Positions 58,307 through 64,000 of a stretch of 64,000 nt of DNA are shown one piece after another. Source of the stretch: a virus (taxonomy: Duplodnaviria; Heunggongvirae; Uroviricota; Caudoviricetes); the IMG/VR virus record IMGVR_UViG_3300037312_000757. One strand, given 5' to 3'. A program made the position numbers and the translations under genes. The stretch's first letter is position 1. The number at the start of each line of letters is the position of its first letter. The notes beneath the pieces were generated by a model. That model was not told the DNA's origin. It saw nothing but the letters and a program-made list of their open reading frames with translations, and did not search any database.

Positions 58307-58311
58307 TCAAT

Positions 58312-58366
58312 TTGCAATCCTGAAACTCCACTTGCTAGAATGGTGTTCATTTTAGAAGTGGAGTTT
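58312..58366 (+). promoter_or_regulatory. Sigma70-type promoter (TTGCAA, extended TGnTAGAAT) inside an SD-sequestering hairpin
   Basis: TTGCAA 58312-58317, TAGAAT 58336-58341; AAACTCCACTT 58323-58333 pairs with AAGTGGAGTTT 58356-58366. Confidence 0.5.
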
Positions 58367-58370
58367 TCTT

Positions 58371-58718
58371 ATGGATGATAGACTCGAAAAAGCACTTGAA
58401 CATGGCAACTACAAGGTTACTGTGTTCCAACAAAAACAGAATCTCAAGCTTCGCCTTGAGAATCTCCTCACATATGCCCATAACGGTGGCATCTTCAAGG
58501 TTTCTCAAGAACTGATTGGTTTCATTGATGCATTACTGCGCAAGGAAGTGTCAGAAGTCGTACTCCTCGACTCACGCGAAAACCCAGTTAAGATTGCAAG
58601 CCTCCAGGACTTTTATGACGAAGTCCTGAGTCTGTACTTCGAAGCTACAAATGAATATCATTTGGCATATGAAGAACTACGTAAAGCTCGTAATGTAAAG
58701 AAGGCAACCGGTCAATGA
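58371..58718 (+). CDS. Hypothetical protein, first gene of glycosyltransferase cluster
   Basis: ORF with GGAG SD. Confidence 0.75.
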   Translation: MDDRLEKALEHGNYKVTVFQQKQNLKLRLENLLTYAHNGGIFKVSQELIGFIDALLRKEVSEVVLLDSRENPVKIASLQDFYDEVLSLYFEATNEYHLAYEELRKARNVKKATGQ

Positions 58719-59608
58719 GCAAAGGTTTCCTAATCTTCGCCCACAACAACGAAGAAGTCGACTACGGTAAGATCGCTGTTTGTTGCAGCTTGATGCTCAA
58801 AGCTCACTGCAAGAACAATGACGTCTGCTTGGTGACCGATCAGGGGACTATTGACTGGTTGAAACAAAGCCTTGGAAGCGATATGGTCAACTATGCGTTC
58901 CAGCATGTTCGAGTACTCGACTATAAAGTAGTCAAAGCCATTCAAGCACAACGGCGCTTCCGTGACTCGATGAGTACTGAGAAGTCACTGACTTGGCTGA
59001 ACTCAACCAGAAGCTCGGCATACGAAATGTCTCCATTTGATGAGACAATCATGATCGACAGCGACTTGCTGGTGCAAGACAATTCCTTTGACCTGGTTTG
59101 GGGTAATGACGAAGACATTCTCATCAATCGTGATGTTTTGACTCTCGAATACAAACGACCAGCCATCAATGAGATTCGACTCGATAGCATGGGCATTCCA
59201 ATGTATTGGGCAACTCAGGTGTATTTCCGTAAGGGCGATCGAGCAAAGCAACTGTTCGATCTGGTTGATCATATTCGTGAGCGCTACGATTACTATCAAT
59301 ACGTGTACGAGTTTCCTGGCAAACTGTTCCGTAATGACTACGCATTCAGTATTGCCATTCACATCATGAATGGATTTCTCGAGAACAACGAGATCAAGAG
59401 CTTTCCATCAAGCAATATTCTGTCAAGCTTCGACTGCGATGAGCTTATCGATGTGAAAAAGGGCGCGTTGACATTCTTGGTGAATAGTGCAGAAGAACGC
59501 TGGCGTTACACACTGAATAATGTGAAAGGCATCACTGTTCACACGATGAACAAATATTCAATCCTCCGTAAGGCAGATGAAATCATTGAGATTTACGGAC
59601 CAAAGTAA
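58715..59608 (+). CDS. GT-A fold glycosyltransferase-like protein
   Basis: SPFDETIMIDSD (DxD), WATQVYF, FRNDYAFSIA. Confidence 0.65.
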   Translation: MSKGFLIFAHNNEEVDYGKIAVCCSLMLKAHCKNNDVCLVTDQGTIDWLKQSLGSDMVNYAFQHVRVLDYKVVKAIQAQRRFRDSMSTEKSLTWLNSTRSSAYEMSPFDETIMIDSDLLVQDNSFDLVWGNDEDILINRDVLTLEYKRPAINEIRLDSMGIPMYWATQVYFRKGDRAKQLFDLVDHIRERYDYYQYVYEFPGKLFRNDYAFSIAIHIMNGFLENNEIKSFPSSNILSSFDCDELIDVKKGALTFLVNSAEERWRYTLNNVKGITVHTMNKYSILRKADEIIEIYGPK

Positions 59609-60471
59609 TGACAAGAGAATTTAAACGAGAGCGTGGCTTCTTTACTTTTGCACAGAATGGTAAGCATGACTATGTCCGCATGGCATATGCTTTGGCTCTA
59701 AGCTTGAAAGCTACTCAACAGGAAGTTCCATATCTTGCACTTGGTATCACACCAGGTTACAAGGTTCCTCGTCATTACAAATGGGCATTCGATGAAATCA
59801 TCGAAATTCCTTGGGGTGATGGTGCTGCAGATTCCGAATGGAAGCTGCAAAACGAATGGAAGGCTTATCACATGACACCATATCGTGAGACAATCAAGCT
59901 TGACTGCGACATGCTGTTCCTCCAAAACATCGATAATTGGTGGGAGACACTGTCAACTCAAGAGGTATATGCTGCCACTACCTCATTGACGTTTCGTGGG
60001 GAAGTCGTGACTAGCGACTACTACCGAAAGACGTTCACCGCAAACAAGCTACCAAACGTCTATACGGCATTCATGTACTTCAAGTACAGTGACTTGGCTC
60101 AGGAACTGTTTGAGATGGCCGAGATCATCTATTACAACTGGGAGAAGTTCTTCTTCGAGTTTCTCGAAGAGCCACGTCCACACGAAGTATCAACCGACGT
60201 TGTGTTCGCTCTGGCTATGCGTCTCATCGGACGTGAAGAGGAATGTGTTGGTGTTGGCCAGTTTCCAAACTTTGTCCATATGAAGTCAAAGCTTCAGAAT
60301 TGGGACGACAATAAAGTATCAGAAGATTGGACCAAGCACATTGGTGTTTACTTCACCGATGAACTCGAATTGAAGATTGGTCGTTATCGCCAACTCGCAC
60401 CTGTGCATTATCATGACAAGGCGTTCCTCACTGACGAAATGATCGAGTTGTATGAGGCAAAGTTGAAATGA
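59608..60471 (+). CDS. GT-A fold glycosyltransferase-like protein (paralog)
   Basis: TPYRETIKLDCDML (DxD), LPNVYTAFMYF, TDVVFALA, FVHMK, VHYHDK. Confidence 0.65.
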   Translation: MTREFKRERGFFTFAQNGKHDYVRMAYALALSLKATQQEVPYLALGITPGYKVPRHYKWAFDEIIEIPWGDGAADSEWKLQNEWKAYHMTPYRETIKLDCDMLFLQNIDNWWETLSTQEVYAATTSLTFRGEVVTSDYYRKTFTANKLPNVYTAFMYFKYSDLAQELFEMAEIIYYNWEKFFFEFLEEPRPHEVSTDVVFALAMRLIGREEECVGVGQFPNFVHMKSKLQNWDDNKVSEDWTKHIGVYFTDELELKIGRYRQLAPVHYHDKAFLTDEMIELYEAKLK

Positions 60472-61385
60472 GAAAGTTTTACGCGCACTTCGATCACGAA
60501 ACTGGAAAGATTTTCTCTGTCGGTCCTGTAGCGGATAACGATGTTTATCCTGATGCAGAATATATGGAAATGGATGAGGAAACGGCAATGAAGTTTCTTC
60601 GCCATGAACGTAGCATGATGGACTGGTTCATAGACAAGAGCGGTGATAAGCATATCCTGGTCCAAAACTATCTGAATGTGCCACCAGAGAATCCAGGTGT
60701 ATTGTTCGAAGTCCCGAGGCTCGGCAAAGTAGTCCTTCAAGGCATTCAAATCAAGCTGTCAGTTCCAGATGACATCATAGAATTTTCAATCCCCGAACGT
60801 AGTAAGGGACAACAACTTGATGCTATCAAGGAAAAAACGATGACGTTTGTTCTAACCAAACGTAACGATCCCACCTATGTGGTTGGTGAATTTGTTGTGT
60901 CGATCTCTGAATTGATAGCGAAGGGTCGATTGATGTTTCCCACAACTTGTGACCTCAATGATTATTCGCTGTTCACCAAACGAGTGTTCTTGAACTACCA
61001 ATTCGAAGTATCACACAGCGGACGTGGCATGTCATTCCGCAGTGATACCATGAAGATCAACAAGATGGTGTCATACACTTCTAAGCCAGTAAAGAAAGGC
61101 ATTGTTGCTTCATATGATGAAGATACGCATACATTGAACTTTAATCTGGTTGGTAAGACAAAACTGTGGTGGCCAGACAATGCTATGTGTCCAGTATTCC
61201 TGACAAAGCCACGTGACCCCACAATCGTCTACCACAAACTAATGATCGACGTCGAATCATTTTGGGAAAACAAGAAGATTAGTTTACAATTACCGAAAGA
61301 CATACATAGTGAATTTGGCTTGGCTGGATATCCGCTTGCCGACACTATGGCATTCGTAAGAGTAAACAATGACACAAGTTCGTGA
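60468..61385 (+). CDS. Hypothetical protein with internally duplicated domain
   Basis: FVLTKRNDPT and VFLTKPRDPT. Confidence 0.65.
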   Translation: MRKFYAHFDHETGKIFSVGPVADNDVYPDAEYMEMDEETAMKFLRHERSMMDWFIDKSGDKHILVQNYLNVPPENPGVLFEVPRLGKVVLQGIQIKLSVPDDIIEFSIPERSKGQQLDAIKEKTMTFVLTKRNDPTYVVGEFVVSISELIAKGRLMFPTTCDLNDYSLFTKRVFLNYQFEVSHSGRGMSFRSDTMKINKMVSYTSKPVKKGIVASYDEDTHTLNFNLVGKTKLWWPDNAMCPVFLTKPRDPTIVYHKLMIDVESFWENKKISLQLPKDIHSEFGLAGYPLADTMAFVRVNNDTSS

Positions 61386-62289
61386 CATCACAGAATTTGA
61401 TATTTTCTTCCTCAGTTATGATGAGCCCAATGCCGAGAAGCATTGGGCCGACCTTTTGGAAAAATGCCCTTGGGCTAAACGAGTCCACGGGGTCAAAGGG
61501 TTTGACAGCGCTCACCGCGCGTGTGCCGAACAAAGCGAAACAGATTGGTTCGTCACAGTAGACGCGGACAATATAGTCCATACAGATTTCTTCGACCAGA
61601 AGGTCACACTCCATCCAGAACAGGACATCAACAAAAGCTTCAGCTGGAATGCACTCAATGGCATGAACGGCTTGATGTACGGCAACGGTGGCTTGAAGCT
61701 GTGGTCAAAACAGTTCGTGTTGAACATGAACACCCACGAAAATAGCGACGATCCGCGCAAAGCTGTCGACTTCTGTTGGGAAGAAGACTATCTACACCTA
61801 CATAAAACATTCAGCACCGTATGGAATAACGGTAGCCCATACCAAGCATGGCGTGTTGGCTTCCGAGAGGCAGTAAAGCTTTCACTGGATCAGGGTAAAC
61901 GTGTTCCTGCTGACAAGATGAAAACCACATTACATGACGTCAACCTGCGAAATCTCCGTATCTGGGCTTGCGTGGGTGCAGATGTTGAGTACGGCAAATG
62001 GGCCATGTATGGCACTCGCTTCGGTCTTATGCAGATGATCAAGCCACACTGGGATTATACCGATATTCGCGACTATGATTGGTTTGATAATATGTGGGAA
62101 ATCTCGATGAGAGAACAATTCGAGGTTAAGAAGACAACTACTGGCTGGTCATATGACGAAGTATTCCTTGATCGTAATATTCTTGAATGTGGTGAGTGGA
62201 TCGAAAGTCAAACCAAGATTCTGCTTCCTGTGCTAGACGCAAAAGCAAGCGATTTCTTCCGAGAAAGCTTCAAACTACGAAATGACTGA
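61369..62289 (+). CDS. Glycosyltransferase-like protein (GT-A)
   Basis: DIFFLSYDEPNA, RVHGVKG..SAH, VDADN, YGNGGLK, AWRVGFREAVKL. Confidence 0.65.
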   Translation: MTQVRDITEFDIFFLSYDEPNAEKHWADLLEKCPWAKRVHGVKGFDSAHRACAEQSETDWFVTVDADNIVHTDFFDQKVTLHPEQDINKSFSWNALNGMNGLMYGNGGLKLWSKQFVLNMNTHENSDDPRKAVDFCWEEDYLHLHKTFSTVWNNGSPYQAWRVGFREAVKLSLDQGKRVPADKMKTTLHDVNLRNLRIWACVGADVEYGKWAMYGTRFGLMQMIKPHWDYTDIRDYDWFDNMWEISMREQFEVKKTTTGWSYDEVFLDRNILECGEWIESQTKILLPVLDAKASDFFRESFKLRND

Positions 62290-63694
62290 CAAATCACCTA
62301 ATCAAATCAACATGGAGAATATGTTGAAGCGGATGGATGAGGTCGAATCATCATCTGGTTCAAAATCCATGTGTCTGGCGAAGTGGCTGCAGAGCACTGT
62401 TTATCTTATGAACGGCCATACACATTCATGCCACCACCCATCAGTTCATAAGATTCCTATTAGTGAGATTAAACGCAAACCTTCTGCTCTTCACAACACA
62501 GAACACAAGATGAAAGTTCGTGAAGAGATGCTTGCTGGCCAACGCCCGAAGGAATGCCAATATTGTTGGAATGTCGAGGATCTTCCAGGTAAACACATCA
62601 GCGATCGCACATACAAAAGTGCTGACGTTGAGTGGGCGCATCCACACCTAAACACCGTCATTGCAAGCGGTAATGGTTCGGACATTGCTCCTACCTATCT
62701 AGAGGTTGCATTTGAGAACACTTGCAACTTCAAATGCATGTATTGCACACCAGATATTTCCAGTAAATGGATGGAAGAGATTGAGCGCCATGGTGCCTAT
62801 CCAACAAGTTACAATCTTGGTTCTATCCAATGGCTGAAGCAGATTGATAAGATGCCAATCCCACGTAAGGAAGAGAATCCATACGTTGATGCTTTCTGGC
62901 AATGGTGGCCTGAGCTCTACAAGAGTCTCAACACATTCCGTATCACTGGTGGTGAGCCATTACTGTCAAAGAACACTTGGCTTGTACTTGAATATATCAA
63001 GGCAAACCCTCGCAAAGACTTCACGTTGGCTATCAACACAAACATGCAGGTCCCTGATGATCTGATTGATAAGTTGATCTCCTATTACAAGGGTATTGCT
63101 CCTCATATCAAGTCATTCGATGTCTATACGAGCTGCGAGGCTCATGGCAAACAAGCTGACTATATCAGATACGGTATGGACTATGACAAGTTCATGAGCA
63201 ACTGCCGTCGGTTCCTGTCCGAGACTGATGCTCGTCTGAATTTTATGGTAACATTCAATGCATTGAGCGTAACCACATTTACAGAATTCCTGAAAGACAT
63301 CTGGCAGATGCGTGTCGATTTTAACGAGAATGACGCGATGAATCGTATACCAATGATGATTTCTTATCTTCGTTGGCCGCAATTCCAAGACGTTAGAATC
63401 TTGCCAGAATCTGTCAAGCGACCGTTCGCAGAGAAAGTCAAAGCATTCGTTCAAGCGCATACTCGAAATACTAGCCCCGATCGTGCTGGTCGTTTTTACT
63501 TGGAAGAAATTGATCAAGTAGAACGTCTTTGTGAGTATATGTTCGAACCACTCGATGCTGACTATCTCAAACGCCAATACGATGATTTTGGTGCTTTCTT
63601 CGGCGAATATGACGAACGTCGCAATGTCAGTTTTGATGATCTGTTTCCAGAATTATCCGATTTCTACACCTTTTGCTTAGAACAAAATGGCTAA
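62282..63694 (+). CDS. Radical SAM enzyme with N-terminal Cys-rich (twitch/SPASM-like) domain
   Basis: CNFKCMYC, TGGEPLL, INTN; N-terminal C-x-A-K-W, SCHHP, ECQYCW. Confidence 0.9.
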   Translation: MTDKSPNQINMENMLKRMDEVESSSGSKSMCLAKWLQSTVYLMNGHTHSCHHPSVHKIPISEIKRKPSALHNTEHKMKVREEMLAGQRPKECQYCWNVEDLPGKHISDRTYKSADVEWAHPHLNTVIASGNGSDIAPTYLEVAFENTCNFKCMYCTPDISSKWMEEIERHGAYPTSYNLGSIQWLKQIDKMPIPRKEENPYVDAFWQWWPELYKSLNTFRITGGEPLLSKNTWLVLEYIKANPRKDFTLAINTNMQVPDDLIDKLISYYKGIAPHIKSFDVYTSCEAHGKQADYIRYGMDYDKFMSNCRRFLSETDARLNFMVTFNALSVTTFTEFLKDIWQMRVDFNENDAMNRIPMMISYLRWPQFQDVRILPESVKRPFAEKVKAFVQAHTRNTSPDRAGRFYLEEIDQVERLCEYMFEPLDADYLKRQYDDFGAFFGEYDERRNVSFDDLFPELSDFYTFCLEQNG

Positions 63695-64000
63695 AAAGAA
63701 CAACGAATCATATCAAGAATACCGAGATCGAGTTGTTAATCCCATCTCGCCAAGTTTTTGTGGTGCAAAGTGGTACAATGCAACTATCTGGCTGGGTAGT
63801 GGTACAACCGCATCATGTCATCACCCACCAGCACACAAGATTCCACTTGAAGAAGTGAAGCGTTCAATCAAGGCAATTCACAATACCGAATACAAGAAGG
63901 CAGTCCGTGAACAGATGCTGCGCGGTGAACAACCAGCAGAATGCGATTACTGCTGGAAGATTGAAGGGCTAGGTCAAGACAAAGTATCAGATCGTGTATT
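63687..64000 (+). CDS. Second radical SAM paralog, N-terminal part (runs off window)
   Basis: Hand translation: SPSFCGAKWYNATIWL..SCHHPPAHKIP..IHNT..ECDYCW, colinear with the preceding gene. Confidence 0.85.
   Translation, partial: MAKKNNESYQEYRDRVVNPISPSFCGAKWYNATIWLGSGTTASCHHPPAHKIPLEEVKRSIKAIHNTEYKKAVREQMLRGEQPAECDYCWKIEGLGQDKVSDRV

Noticed and set aside
1-64000. Stop-codon reassignment
   Set aside because: Conserved genes are intact in the standard code and TAA, TAG and TGA all end genes at expected positions
1-64000. tRNA genes
   Set aside because: No cloverleaf with T-loop GTTCRA and matching acceptor stem seen in any intergenic gap

Overview
A 64-kb segment of a large T4-like (myovirus, jumbo-type) phage genome using the standard genetic code. 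It holds most of the morphogenesis module: tail tube, sheath, tail terminator, neck gp13/gp14, capsid, scaffold, protease, portal, tape measure, gp26/gp51, baseplate gp53/hub/gp5/gp25/gp6, a 3586-aa wedge protein and fibre genes. It also carries gp55 late sigma, gp46/gp47, a resolvase-like nuclease, dNMP kinase, a lysozyme, a free-standing HNH gene and the start of a glycosyltransferase/radical-SAM cluster. Late genes follow NATAAATA promoters. Five signals are not explained by routine annotation. (1) A ~235-nt multi-helix RNA with its own sigma70-type promoter between the sheath and tube genes. (2) Two inverted arrays of a bipartite DNA motif 30 kb apart (10.2-10.4 and 40.7-40.8 kb), each in a zone of strand-composition bias. 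(3) A divergent array of 15 small paralogous genes sharing a C-terminal acidic-hydrophobic helix, around an I78-type protease inhibitor and Pth2. (4) A probable programmed -1 frameshift fusing gp26 to gp51. (5) An HNH insertion that left extra copies of the gp13 3' end. All calls come from motif reading and synteny; no searches were run.
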